DNA of 64,000 nucleotides, from NCBI GenBank assembly GCA_965178125.1, contig OZ237743.1, positions 1,054,001 to 1,118,000 of the forward strand, written 5' to 3'. Source of the stretch: Bilabrum cf. latius. Lineage: Eukaryota. The position numbers and the translations under genes were made by a program. Positions 50,402 to 63,963 of the stretch are shown piece after piece. The notes under the pieces were generated by a model that saw nothing but the letters and a program-made list of their open reading frames with translations, did not search any database and was not told the origin of the DNA. Numbering within the stretch: position 1 is the first letter of the stretch; each line of letters starts with the position of its first letter.

Positions 50402-53400
50402 ATGGAATCAAGTACTTCCCATGTTTTGACTGCCGTTGACGAAAAACTCCGGGGCAGTGTTGAGTGGGTGGCTGCCCTGCTCGACAAGGTCCGACCTGAG
50501 CTACTAGACGAGCTCTGCCTCATTTTTACTACCTCTGATGGATCAGGCAGGGCTTGCATGCAGAATGCAAAAACAGTGATACTTAAAGCTGCCACTGAAT
50601 AGAACGGTAGAACGCGATCCGAAAACTCATAGCTTTTGTGTGCGGCGGCACGTGCTGCATTCGCTGGAGCTTGGATCCACTCAAGCGAGTTCAGCTTTCA
50701 ACGCATCTATTCCCAGTTACGGGCGGCAAGCAAGCTGTATCAAGCTTGTGGTGCTATTCTGTTCTTCGCTGGTCCGCTTATCAGCCCTGCAAATGCTTCC
50801 TACACGGTGCCGAGAACGCCTCACGCCACAATGGGACACATGCGATTTCGCATGCAGCGTCGAGGGAATGCAGACAATGATGCAGCGACATTCTTGCATC
50901 TGTGTGCATGCAATGGCCTTGACGATGTTTGCGCTGAATTGTTGGATTCTGGACTCTACCCGGACCCAGACGTTACGTCAATGAACCCCGACAAATCAGT
51001 CGAAACACCCCTGTAGCTGGCTGCCTTTAACAGGCACGTCGATGCAGTGCGAGCGCTCGTGTCTCGAGGCGCCAGCATATTTCTGCCAGAGCCCTCGACA
51101 TCCCAGCCGATGGACAGAGTGCAAGTGGACCAGCCTCGCGTGGACAGCAGGTTCCTGGGTCCTGGCAGGTACGCTGCAGGGGGCCCGTGCCCGACTAAGG
51201 AGCTGATCGATGCTCTGCAGGGCCCTCACAAAGACGCAGCTAGAGCGCATGCAGTACGGTTTTTTGCCTTTGCGGCAGCGGCAGCTCGCGAGCTGGGAGC
51301 TCTTGCCGTCCAATCCGACGTGCTGCCGGGCGGGGCACTGCAGCCCCTTGGAGTAGCTGACGCGCTGGCTCTGCGAGATATCATGCCTGGTTCAGAAATG
51401 AACCCACAAGGCCGGCGAGGTGACACCAGGGCCACGGGAATTTCCCCCGTCAGCACCGCAACGGCAGCTGACATGGCAGGGATCTAGGACCCGGAGCAGT
51501 ACGTCCCGCCCACAGGCGCGGCTTGTCCTACACTGCCGCTTTTGGAGTCGTCATCTTACACGTGTACAAAGAAGCAGGCCGCAAAGAGGATGTTTACAGC
51601 GATGCGGGCGAGACAAAGACGGCTGCTGGGCATGATCGAATAGCTAGATGCGCATGCGGGCCCAAAGCATGCCGTTTCAAGGCCCCGCCGCAGCACTAGG
51701 GTGCATGCTGATGCGTACAAGATCACCGTGATGGAGGACAGGTTCGGTAAGGCACTGGCGCACCTCAGGCCGGGCTCCGAAGGGGCCCTCGTGGCCCGCA
51801 ACTCGAGGGGCGCGACACCCCTGCACTACCCCGCCAGCGCTGTGAACGATGGGGGCAGCGATGCACGGCTGTGGGTGTCACTGGCTCTGTTTGCGCTGGC
51901 AGAGCGCGAGGAGCAAGACCTGCAGGAGTGGGTGCGAGAGCAGAAGAAGATGCTCGGTGGTCGATCAATCAGCGTGTCAGAGCGAGACCTGATGATTGAA
52001 GCGAGAGAGCGAGGGAGCGAGGAGGAATCGAGGTACCAGCGATGGCAGCCCGGCGGTCTGTCGGTGGACGAGGTGCGCGAGGCAAGCAGGGGCATGCAGG
52101 AACTGGCAAGGCATGCAGAGGACTTGCTGTTGGAAGCCACCGGGGCAGTGCTTGCAGAGGCAGCCGATCCCGCAGAGCTATCGGCCGCTGGCGCTGCTCG
52201 AAGTCTCGATACCATGTTGCGGTTTAAGGCGCCGTCTGGCGCCGCAATTACAGGTTGTGAGTATCGAGTCAGCGCGACTGTCGAGCGCAAGGCAGACCAC
52301 AGAGGTATGGGGGCCCGCATGTCGACCGCAATGTCGGGCTGCGCAGTAGCTTTGCTGAAGGGGGAGCTGACGAGCATCCGGGCAGCCGCTATCCACCAAG
52401 GCAGTGCTTCGGCAGGCAAGTTGGCCCAGGGCCAATACAGTCTGCCTGGCATGACAATGAGCGTGAGCTTCAATGAATCGAGTGAGGTCGGCAGGCAACA
52501 GGCTCAGGCCGGGCCACCCGTGATGCGGCTATCGGCGGGGCATATCATTGCATCCGTCCGACTGGTTGCAGGACGGGTGGAGAAGCTCATCTGTCCTGAT
52601 GGTGGCGAGCCTGACGATGCCCTTAGAGCGGGATCCTCCTCGGGGGCAAGGGCAGGAGCGCATCCGCCGGCATCTAGCGCTAGCGAAGTGCTTCGAAGCG
52701 CCGTGCGTGGGACGCTGACGGCCATCGAGGAACTGGCGGCCGTCACTTCCTGTACCCGAGAGAGCTGGGAGGCCGAAGAGATAGGGGCACTGGATGCCCG
52801 ACTACAAAGCTCCAGACAAGCATTGTTGGAGGTGGTGCGTAGCAAGACAGGGGCCGCGCCTGGCTGGGTGCGTGGGTGCGCTGCACTGGCCCTGTCGGGG
52901 GTGAAGCAAGGCGCCGGCATGGCCGTGGCTCATTGTTCCCTGGGGATTCTAGCAGAGAACAGCAGAGGACCCACCGTGGATGCATAGCTGGACGCAATGG
53001 AGGGTAAAGGAAGCGCTGCCGAGACCGTCGCCGCCACGCCTGGCAAAACACGAGTGGCTTCGGGCACGAGCGGATCGGTGCGGCCGGCTGCCGTTCTCAG
53101 TTGCTGCTGGATTAGAGGTCACACGCACCGCACTGGTTTGAATCTAGCTGGATATCCTTACCACGTCACCGAAGATGGACCCCTCCTTGAGATGTGTGCC
53201 GCTCTGGCTCCTCAGCAGATGGACGTGATTCCGTCTCGAGCTGTGGCCACGACCCGAGGGCCTCGCGGTTTCGGCGACTCGCTGGTGGTGAGCGAGGCCG
53301 CGGCACGATAGCCCACGGATGATCCATTGACCGAAGGCTTTGAGCTAGACGCGGCTGTCAAGCGGTTGGTGCGGGCCCACCCTCAGTACGAACCACATAT

Positions 53401-55129
53401 CGCGACTTGTGCCTTGATGGCTGCCACGTAGCCCAGGCTCAAGCGCATGCTGCTGAAACTGGCCGAGTTTGGCACCGCAGATCCGTTCTACGTGGCTCTT
53501 CTCGTCTGCAAGGACTCCAAGGAGCTGAGCAACGCGGCGCAATTAGCTCTGCCCGAGGCAGTCATGAGGCGGGGGTTGGACGGTGTCGCTGCCCTGCTAG
53601 CTGCTGGTGCTAGCGCTGACAGACCGTACGGGCTGGGCAGTTCCTACAAAGGACGGCCCATTCAATGGGCGCTAGCTCGTCATGCTTCAAGCCCTGATCT
53701 TGCCATGGACATTCTGCTCCTGCTCCTCATGAACGGAGCCAAGTTGAGGCACAGCTTTACCGACATTCCGTTCCCAAGGGCTCACATCAACAGGCACAGG
53801 ATGTGCATTGGTGCAGCTGCAGCTAGGGGTGCAATGGGTCGAATACCCCACCCGTAGTTTCCTCTGCACGTTGCTGCACTCCCAGGAGACGACCGTGTAC
53901 TGCAGCCACCGCTAGCTGCTACCAAGGGCGACGGCACAAGCTCGGCAACCGAGCTCAACGCACACGGAAACGGTGCAGTCCTCTTGCAGCATCTGCAGGC
54001 CGGCATCGATGAGGCGTGCTCCAACACCGGCGTGGACCTTGAGGATATCCTGGCGGATCTGCCAGACATGCGCAGATGCACCAGGGCTGGAGACTTCTGT
54101 GCCCCTGTTACCCCTGGCATGGACGGTATTGAGGGCTTGTCCACCCACTTGCTCGCCGATCGCTTGCGGTCTGTCAAGTCTAGCGAACTGTACAGGAATA
54201 TGGAGGCGCTGTACAACTTCGATCTGCGAAACACTGCCCGCGAGAGAGAGATCAAAGCAAAATACTTGAATCGAGGTGGCGAGAGCGAGATGGGTGGCGC
54301 GGTTGGCAGCGCCATCATTCCCCAGGCATAGCAGAGCAGCCGAAAACAGGCCTAGCAGGCTGCTGCAGAAGAGTCAGCAGATGGGTGGGGCACCGGGTGG
54401 AACATGGATGAGCATGATATTGGACCGGACCGAGAAAGTAGAAGCAGTAAGACGCGTACTAGTAGTCTGCCCGCTACAGACCCATGGGGCCTGAAGAGTG
54501 CGCCCGAAACAGCAGGCGACGGTGCACCAGCGGCAGATTCATGGGGTGAGTGGAAGCCGGCAGCCCCCGCTCTCCCGACAGCGACCGTGCATGGTGGATT
54601 GGACCGCAACGTGGGTACATCCGAGCTTCCGAGGTTTGCAGTCGATACATCTGATCATGATTATGCCCCGGATGTATCATAGGGTTGGGGGAGTATGAAC
54701 TTCTTCGGTGACTCTACCGATGCATCAACAGCGAGTGCATCGAATCCTGCGATGAGCGACGCGGCATGGCGATTGAATGACGTCGAACTACCGATGTCTT
54801 CAGCAGCAGCTGCAGCCGCAGGGACAGCCGCATCTAAAGCCGCTCCAAACACTGACGCCGAAGCCGCGCCGCTGCTCGGATCTGTTGGCACCAGTGCTCA
54901 TCCGTCTTGGCTCTATGCCGGAATCGGTGAGAGAGGCGAGGCCGCTCAGATCCGGGCCATGGTGCACGCGGCCTACACCGCAGACCACGACAGGTACTTG
55001 CGGTGCGTGCACGCGATGGGGCGGTGGAGGGCGTGGCGGTTCTGGCTGCGGGGGCCCGAGGACCGCGCGAGGAGGCTGGTGGAGTTCAGGCGAGCTGTGG
55101 CAGTGCGGCGGAGAGCCAGCCGAGACTGA
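50402..55129 (+). CDS. Large ankyrin-like repeat protein, paralog 2, ~1575 aa
   Basis: Nine ORF-track pieces from 50402 to 55129 share one frame and are joined by ~12 TAGs. Shares motifs LLDSGLYPDPD, HADAYKITVMEDRFG, LAEFGTADPFY and GTSAHPSWLYAG with paralog 1. Stop is TGA. Confidence 0.7.
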
Positions 55130-55299
55130 GGCCGGCGCGGGGTGGTGGGTCTCAAATGGGCAGTGCTGCGGGTCTTGATCTGCTGCATGCCGATAGATTT
55201 ACTTCTTATTTGTTAATCTCCGTATTTTTTGATGAACATTGCCATGGACCATCGGATGCATCCAGATTCACGCCGGCTGCCGCGGTTCTATCTGCCTGG

Positions 55300-56841
55300 T
55301 CAGCGACCGGCCTCCAGATCCTGCTGATGTGCCTCCCTCTCAATTTCGACTCCAAGTTTAGCTGGAGCAGCACCAGTACCATCCATCAGGCCGAGCTCGA
55401 TCTGGCCTGGTTCGGCAGTCGCCGGTATACCCGCTGCATCGTCACCCTCACGGCACGCCTCGTCGCTGTGAGTGGGGCTGATGCCGCACATTGCCGAGCA
55501 CAACCACCAGCCCTCTCGGTGCCCCCTCCACACCCAGTAGAGCAGCGTGATTGCCCACACCGTCACAATGGGCAGAACTACCGCCGCCGACGCAGCATAC
55601 TCTGTCACGCCGAGCTGCAGGCATGCTCCTATGAGGACGATTCCAAGCAGGCACCGCATCACGGTGGGACCGTCGAGCCCCTGCCTGAGCCACGTCCCGA
55701 GTAAAAAGGATGACAGGGAAACGGCGCACACAGTCACGTACACCGGCCATTTACTGCCGTCAATCCCGTCTCCAAAGAACAAGCCCAGCCTCAGCAGAAG
55801 CTCTAGGATGGCATAGACCACGAATGTCGCCCTCGTCTCGTCCTTGCCCAGCTGTAGGAGAGCAAAACCGACCACGATGGGAGGTCCGTGGACCCCAAGC
55901 ATGCCTCCTAACACCCCCGCTCCCAGACCAGCGATCAGAACAACCGCCGGGGCTCGCCAGAAAGGCGGCAGGCACTGTGGCCAGGGGGGCGGGACGTAGC
56001 TGTCACCGATGGACCAGTGGTACGGGAGCGGCTTCTCAGCCAATGCGCTCGATTGGTGCGAATTCGCAGGAGTTACTGCCGCTGCAACGACGGGGTCAGC
56101 GCCTTCTAAGGGGGCAGGGGCAGGGGCAGGGGCATCGCCTGCTATTGGCCCTGCTCTGCTGGCGTCAGGATGTGGCGCAGCGATGGCGCCCGGACCTGAT
56201 GCAGCCGCCCCGGCTGACGGGCCCGCCCCGGTCGTGGGTGCGGTCAAGGCAACGACCCCGGACGTTTCTTTCTCTTCTAAGTCATTGCTACTGTGGTCTA
56301 ATGCGGCCTCTGCTGACATGGTTTCACCGGTGCCTGATCCACCTAGCTTGCCGCTCGGTCCTGAAAGAAGCTCCGAAGTAGCACCGGAATCCGATTTTTC
56401 TACTTGTGAGGTCTTCCACAGCACTATCTCAAATGCAAGCTTGATAGAGGAGAACAAGAAGAAAAGAGCTCCGATAAAATAGCCCAAGATTGCTGTATCT
56501 ACGTTGTGCAGCAGCCAGAATCCGACAAATACTGTTCCTATCCCAGTAAGCGATAGCAACAGGCCATCTCGAATCCTTGCACGGAGAGGACCGTTTCTCA
56601 TTTCCCATGCCATGAACGGCAACGTCACGGCCGTCATCAGTGTGATGTTGAACACGCTTGACGGTGTTGATTCTTCGTATAACCCAGCGATTCGAAGCAC
56701 ACCCATGATCGCCAAGTACACGATTGCATCCCCAAAGCTAGTCAGCCCAGCTACACCACTCGAGAAAAACACTACCACTCCAACGACAATAACTTGCTCC
56801 CAGATTGGTGCTCCGTCACCGGCATCGGAATCGCCTGCCAT
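55300..56841 (-). CDS. TauE/SafE (sulfite exporter)-family multi-pass membrane protein, 513 aa
   Basis: GVAGLTSFGDA and GVLGGMLGVHGPPIV motifs, about 10 hydrophobic segments and a central low-complexity loop. Intact ORF ending in TGA. Confidence 0.75.
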   Translation of the reverse strand: MAGDSDAGDGAPIWEQVIVVGVVVFFSSGVAGLTSFGDAIVYLAIMGVLRIAGLYEESTPSSVFNITLMTAVTLPFMAWEMRNGPLRARIRDGLLLSLTGIGTVFVGFWLLHNVDTAILGYFIGALFFLFSSIKLAFEIVLWKTSQVEKSDSGATSELLSGPSGKLGGSGTGETMSAEAALDHSSNDLEEKETSGVVALTAPTTGAGPSAGAAASGPGAIAAPHPDASRAGPIAGDAPAPAPAPLEGADPVVAAAVTPANSHQSSALAEKPLPYHWSIGDSYVPPPWPQCLPPFWRAPAVVLIAGLGAGVLGGMLGVHGPPIVVGFALLQLGKDETRATFVVYAILELLLRLGLFFGDGIDGSKWPVYVTVCAVSLSSFLLGTWLRQGLDGPTVMRCLLGIVLIGACLQLGVTEYAASAAVVLPIVTVWAITLLYWVWRGHREGWWLCSAMCGISPTHSDEACREGDDAAGIPATAEPGQIELGLMDGTGAAPAKLGVEIEREAHQQDLEAGR

Positions 56842-57242
56842 TGCGGGTCAACCTGTGGGTCAATGCGAGTGCTTCCCAGAGAAAAGCACTGAGTATATGC
56901 AAAATAATCAAAATACGCTAGACGGGTGCCTCGATCCGTTCGATTGGTTCGCTAAAACGATGCCTATTTTCTGTTCCCGAAACTAGACGGTTTTCCGGTT
57001 TGTTTGTGGACATGATCCGATCTGCGGTCCAGGTATGGTGCAGGTCAATGCGCCACATGTGTCGCACCACCGGGGCACGCCCACAGCATCGCTACCAAGC
57101 TCGGCTTCCGCCAAGTTCACAACTTCAAGTTGAAGCTGTTGATGCTGAGCGCCTCGCTCAGCCAAGATGGAGATACTCGCCCACGGAGCGGCACCCCTTC
57201 GCCGTGAAAATCGCAAGATGCCAAATCTATACAACATACGGA

Positions 57243-60200
57243 TCAGTCCGCACCGCTCTCCTTCTTGGCATTGCTGGCAGCGGCGGAGCTCGAGTCAGGA
57301 AGCACTTTGCTCGCTGCAGCCGTGCCCGCACCCGCGGGTTCGCGGACAGGAGCCTCCGAGTCGCCACCCCCGCCCTCCGAGCCCTTGGCGCAGTGCTCGC
57401 CCCTGGATGCATCCTATGCCTACGCTGCACTCCTACCATCTTGATCCCCCTCTTTCTTTTTTTGCTCGCCGCCCACCGCTGCGTCTTCTTTGGAGCGGTC
57501 CTCGAACCTGGGAGATCCTTTCTTGAAGACGTGCACGACCTTGAGCTTCGCTGCGATCCTCCGCCGCGCCTGCCGCAGCAGCAGCTTGCTGATGTTCCGC
57601 GCCTTGACTATCCCGCGGAACGTGAGCAGAGAGGTGATGGCGTTGTCCACCTCCTCGGCCGTGGGCAGCAGCCGCCGCCTGCTCCCATGCTGGCCCATGG
57701 ACCGCCCTCTGCCTCGCTGGATCGCGCTGACAGCATGCCTGCTCGTTGTAAGGAACGGGTGGAGCGCCACCTCGTCTATGGTCGGGCGCTTGCTAGGGTC
57801 TTTGATCAGCATGCGCCTGATCAGGTCTTTGGCGAGAGCTACGCCGGCCATGTAGGCGGGGGTGGGCTGCGGCTCCGGCTTGGGCTTTAGCTTGGATCTG
57901 TCGCCACCGTGCACTGCAGTCGGGGACCCGGCCCGAGGACTCGCACTCTTGCCCTCACCCTCCCCCGTGCCTTCGTTCTGGTTCTGTTCACCCTCTCCTC
58001 CTTCCTACTACGCTGCCCCAGCATCGCCTGCGTGGTCTGTTAAAGTGGCAGGGGCAGTGTCCTTTGCCAGGCATTCAGGAAACACTGGCAGGTCACCAGG
58101 CTCCGCATGCACGCCTGCAGCCCTGCCCACCATCTTGAGGATTTCCTCCGCCGTTGTTCCCTGGGGAGGGGTGCCTGCCTCGTCCAGCTCCTCCCCCAGC
58201 TCGTCCAACGCAGTGCTGGACATGCGCTCGATGGAGCTTCCGACACCCTGCTGCTGGCCCGACCTGGACGTGGTGGCGTGCATGTGCACTGAAGGCGGGA
58301 TCACGAAGTCCCCATCGTGGCCTTCTGCGTGCCGGGTACCGCGACTTCTGGTCATTGCGGCCCGCGTACTGCTTGTCGTGGCGCCTTCAGACACGGCGCG
58401 CGCGACCATGCCACCCGACTCCTTCTGCTCCCGCGCCTGTTCCTACTCGGGTACCCCGAAGCAATGCGCCCCTGTGCGGTCCAGCCGGCCGTCCTCAAAC
58501 TCCACCTCCTTCTCAACGATCGCATCGAAGATCTCGTAGATTCTCTTCGCCACAAAGGGCGGCCGGCCGTACAGCATCATGTACAGGGAGCAGCCCACGG
58601 CCCACACGTCCGCCTTCTTGCCGCTGAATACCCCGCCCTCGGTCATCTCGGGCGACGTGAAGGCCGCAGTGCCCGCCGTGGATCGCAGCCCGTCCCCACC
58701 TTCCTCGTGCACGTGCGAGACGCCAAAGTCGGCCACTTTCAGCTCCCTCGTCTTGCGGTTGGCGAGGAGGTTACCGGGCTTGATGTCGCGGTGGACCACC
58801 CTGTTGAAGTGGAGGTACTGCATCGCCGCCACTAGTTGGGCAAAGTAGTGCCTGGCCTCGGCGAGGGGCAAAGGGGCGGCCTCCAGTGCATCTGGCTGCA
58901 GCGCACCGCCGGGCACGAGGTCCGAGACCATGTAGATGCGGTCGTGGTCCGCGCTGTCGATCACCTCGTGCAGTCTCACCACGTTCGGGTGATCCAGCAT
59001 CTTGTGGATGGCCACTTCGCGCTTCACGCTCTGCAGCGCATTCCCAAATCTTCCCATGGACTTGCGACTCAGCACGGACTTGTTGAGTATCTTCACGGCG
59101 TAGGCTTTCCCGTCCATCTGGCTCACCGCCTTGCGCACCTCCCCGAAAGCACCCTTGCCGATTTGCTCAGACAGCAGGTACTGGTTCACGATCTGCGTGT
59201 CGTGGTCAATGTGGCGCACGCCGGAGCTGGCCAGGGCCGTGTTCTTGAACCCGCTGCGAGCCGGGAGCGGCATGGGCGGCGATTGGCCATCGCCGTCTGC
59301 CCCGCTCCCCCCGTCGTCTCCTACTCGCTCGTTGCCAGTGGTCTTGGATCGCTTCAGCATGCCTGGATGTGGGGGCATCTGGCCCGCCGGCGGGCCACCC
59401 AATGACTTGGCGCCCCCCCTTGAAAGAAAGGGGGGAGGGCCGCCCCCGGTGCTGCCGGGCAATCCCGACATCTGAGGCGCTGCGGTCGTGGTCTTGCGGC
59501 GGCCCATCGCGGCAAGAAAGGGCGGGGGCGCCTTGGGTACATTCAGCGAGTCGGCGCGCGGTGCAGTATCGCTCGGTTTGACCGTAGATCCCGAGCCGTT
59601 TTCCTGGATCGCGGCACTCTCGGCTGTTTTTCTCTCTGTGGCTGGCGATTGGTTGGCTTTATCACCGGGAGCAGCGCCTTCAACTGAAGTCTTGGCGGCC
59701 TGAAGCTACAGCGGGGGCGCTCCCGCACCTGCGTGCGTTGCACTCTGACCCTGCAACGTGGCTCCTGTACCCCCTCCAGCGGAAGATTCCGACTACTCAC
59801 CTCTGGCGCTGTGCGGACTCTCCAGCTGCTGCTGCTGTTGTTCCCTGGTCCCGGCGAGTGCAGCCTGCGCCGTGTGGGCCGCAGGCATGGTGGCCTGCAG
59901 CCTGGTTGACGAAGCGTGCAGGAGGCGGACGTCTCCCGACGGCAGTGCGGCCCGTGGGGGCTGCAAACCCGCGCCACTTTGGCCACCTTTATCCTCCCCA
60001 CCTGCGATGTCCCTCCCACTCGCCAGGCCTTCCATGATCACGGCTTCCTCCTCCAGAAGAGAGGGTGTGGCACCGGACAGGATTGCGTTGCTGCTTAGAG
60101 CGCGCAGCATCCGCCTCGAGTCGCCGCTTTGACCACCCCCATCACCGATATTACGACGACTACCCCTAGCAGCAGCGTCCACCACTACTCCGGAGCCGAA

Positions 60201-61873
60201 AAGGGGCGGCACTATCTCCTGACCTTTGCCCTTGGCCCCCCCAAGCCGGCCCCTGAGCGTACCCCTGCGCGCAGCAGAGCCTCCGCCGAACGGCCCCCGA
60301 CCACCCCCGCCACCCCCGCCCCCTCCGCCCCTTGACAGCCCACCTCTGAGAAGCATGGCAAGGCTAACATCTGGTGCCTCGTTTGCCAGCCGCCGCGCCG
60401 TTGCTGGGCCTGGGCTGGCAGCGGACGAGCCCGCTGCGCCCCTGCCGCTGCCGCTGCCTGCGCGCCCCACCCCGCCCACCGTGGTCGAATCGATTCCGAG
60501 TCCCATAAGCGTGCGCCTCGACTTGGACACGTCATCCTGTCTGGTCTGTCTGGACAAAAACTGCTGCGCACCGCCGTGCGCTGCACCCGACTGGCTCGCG
60601 CTGGCGGCGGCTAGCCTGCCAGCGCCCTCCCTCTCCCTGTCCCTGTCCCTCTCTGCCCTGAGCTGGTCCTGCAGCATCCTGTGCCTCCGGGCGGCACCCA
60701 CCGCCCCCCTTGAGAAAACCAGGACGTCGTCCGTGCTCTGCGCTGCAAGTGCCAGGTTGGCGGCCGCAGCGGCGCCGCGCAATTGGTTCCGCTCGGGGCT
60801 GGCCGAGCTGCCGGACGGACCCCTCCCTCGGTTCATGTTCGCAGCTCTGCTGCTGCTGTTGCTGTCAGCTGGTTGCTAGGCTCTTGGGAGTTGAACTGCG
60901 TCAGAGTCCGCTCTGCCGTCGCTCAGTAGGCTCGTCATTGCGCCCCTTGAGCCAGCAGTTGCCATCAGCGATGCGTCACCTGCTCCTGCTTCGATGCTCG
61001 CTCCACCAGCGGCAGCCGTGCCGTGCGTGGAATCCACGCCCTACCCTGGTCCACCCGCGCGGGGGCCTATTGAGCCCCATCGATTGGGTTTTCCAAGGGC
61101 TACCGATAACTACTAGTCGCCATTCACTTTCGTTTCCGCTTCCGAATGTTTGCCAGTTGTGGCTCTCTTCTCACTCGGTAGCACCTACGGCTACCCTGAC
61201 GATATCCCGGACGATGATGTCCAGGTCACAGCTGCATTCACTTCATCCGATGTGTGATTCTAGGCTTTTACTTCAGAGTCTGCCGGCAACTTCAAACTGT
61301 GGCCAACATCAGCGGTGTTGCCGTTCGATACGGCGCCCTCAACGCTTCTTCCTGCACTCTTCTGCTGTTCTGCGCAGGAACCTGCAGCACTCGGAGTATC
61401 AACGATACGTTTTTGTTCACCTGCACGTTGTACACAGAAAGCCGAATGGATGACAAACAATGCCAAGGACTGAATAACAAGCTATGGGTCTGCCGACTTC
61501 TTAATCCGCCAACGTGCTCACCATTCGACGTTGTATCGACCACTTGAGTCTTCTGACGCAATGATGATTCGCTGTTGTGGTGTTTCTACGTTGCAGCAGC
61601 CTCGGCTTCAGGAGCAGTACTTGGCTACCCAGGGCTGCCAGCAGCGACGCTGCCAGCAACCGGTGTGTCTGATGCTGATTTATGGGAACTTTGATGATTG
61701 ACCGAAGTAGAACCACCACCTAAAGCACTTTGCTCATTCTGGGATGATGCGGTCCTGTGCAAGCTATCAAGCCCACTTGCAGCGCTAGGTTCCGCCCCTG
61801 AAGCATCAATAGCCTTGCCATCCACCGTGTACTCTGGAGGCGAAACAGGTAAGCGAGACTGTCCGCATCCCAT
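57243..61873 (-). CDS. CaMKK-like Ser/Thr kinase with long disordered N-terminus, exons 61873-61522 and 61381-57243, ~1496 aa
   Basis: VNQY...IGKGAFGEV, AVKILNK, HRDIKPGN, DFG, AGTAAFTSPE, DVWAVG, and subdomain XI DLIRRMLIKDPSKRPT. Starts MGCGQS (acylation-type). About 16 in-frame TAGs. Stop is TGA. The N-terminal part of the model is less certain. Confidence 0.8.
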
Positions 61874-62033
61874 GCCGTCTGCTTCGTGCGGCAAGCCTTT
61901 TTTGCTGTAGGCACTGGGAACTTGAAGTCGCAACCGAAGACTGCGCCAATTATTTTGGTCGCAAATTGCCAGTGGCATCTCACTAGAGCAGATGCACTAG
62001 AGCCAATAACCTGCTTTGTGTGCACGAAATGGC

Positions 62034-62507
62034 ATGAATAGCTTAAACGGGCCACGAAGCTTTGCAGATGTGTTGGCTAGGTCGCAGCAGTCCGGGCGAT
62101 TGAACAGCAGCCAGGTCCGAGGGCTAGCACTTGCGTTCGAGGATGCCTACGTCGAAGCTGTCGGGCACGTGGCTTCAAAGTATCGTAGCGATAGCACCCG
62201 TGTACTTGTTGGCGCACCATGTCTCTTGACAGGGGGCCTTGCATCATATGAAAAGCACAATGCTGACTGGAGGCTCATAGTCCAGAATGCGCAGCTGTCT
62301 CGCCGCCCCAAAGGAGCTTTAGTCGAGTTACCTGGCAGTCGAGTTGAGGTGATGCCACTCAAACAGAGTAGAAGCACTCGAGATGATACCGAACCAGTAG
62401 CCGGTGCATTGAAGAAAAGCAGTGCGGTTGGGAAAGCAGATGCGGGCAAAATGGGCAAGGTAGAGGGGCTCCCTTCGGCCGCAAAGAGACGGAGAGTAGA
62501 AGGGTAA
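62034..62507 (+). CDS. Small protein, possibly a divergent TFIIA gamma subunit, 157 aa
   Basis: Helical N-half (DVLARSQQSGRL...LAFEDAYVEAV) and GGLASYEKHNADWRLIVQNA loosely resemble TOA2. Basic KRRR tail. Stop is TAA. Confidence 0.4.
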   Translation: MNSLNGPRSFADVLARSQQSGRLNSSQVRGLALAFEDAYVEAVGHVASKYRSDSTRVLVGAPCLLTGGLASYEKHNADWRLIVQNAQLSRRPKGALVELPGSRVEVMPLKQSRSTRDDTEPVAGALKKSSAVGKADAGKMGKVEGLPSAAKRRRVEG

Positions 62508-62775
62508 CGGCTCCATAATGGGGCACCGGTATTTGTGCAGAAGTCTTCGTTCCAGACAAGGAAAGACCGATGGCTTGGATGCGGACCAAGGCAACTTGAA
62601 GCGGACGGGAAGGCGCTCGACTCCCCGCACCGAATGCGCAAGGCAGCAACTTGAATGACTGGTATCGGCAGTTGTCTATTATGCTTCATCTATGCTTGCA
62701 TAAAATCCCAGTGCTCGCCCGGACGCACTTGCTCCAGCGGCAATGCTCGCTCGCTCGCCAATCCATCCATCGTTA

Positions 62776-63700
<925 letters not shown>

Positions 63701-63853
63701 ACTGAAACTTGTTTTATCGGCCTCAATTTTTGCTGGACCCAATTCTGTTCGTCACACCTGTGCTGCGCGGCGCCTTGCGGAACTATTTACATTCCTGGGA
63801 GATTTCGGGACGAAATTCAGTTTGGACAATAGAAGCTGACTACTAAGCGAAGC

Positions 63854-63963
63854 ATGAATTTCTTTGGCGCCCCCAAGCCCGCACCGAAACCTAGCGTCTC
63901 ACCAGAGAGAATAATGCAGGAGATTACAAAGCTCAACGGGCGGATCGAAGCCGGGGAGCTGCA
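63854..63963 (+). CDS. First exon of a probable Snf7/ESCRT-III family gene, truncated by the window edge
   Basis: MNFFGAPKPAPKPSVSPERIMQEITKLNGRIEAGEL followed by a GTGAGT donor. Confidence 0.45.

Noticed and set aside
43533-55129. Transposon with terminal inverted repeats
   Set aside because: The inverted similarity consists of coding blocks of two paralogs. No transposase or target-site duplication was seen.
16982-56841. Sulfur-metabolism cluster (sulfatase, thiol methyltransferase, TauE)
   Set aside because: The genes are 13-22 kb apart and separated by unrelated housekeeping genes.
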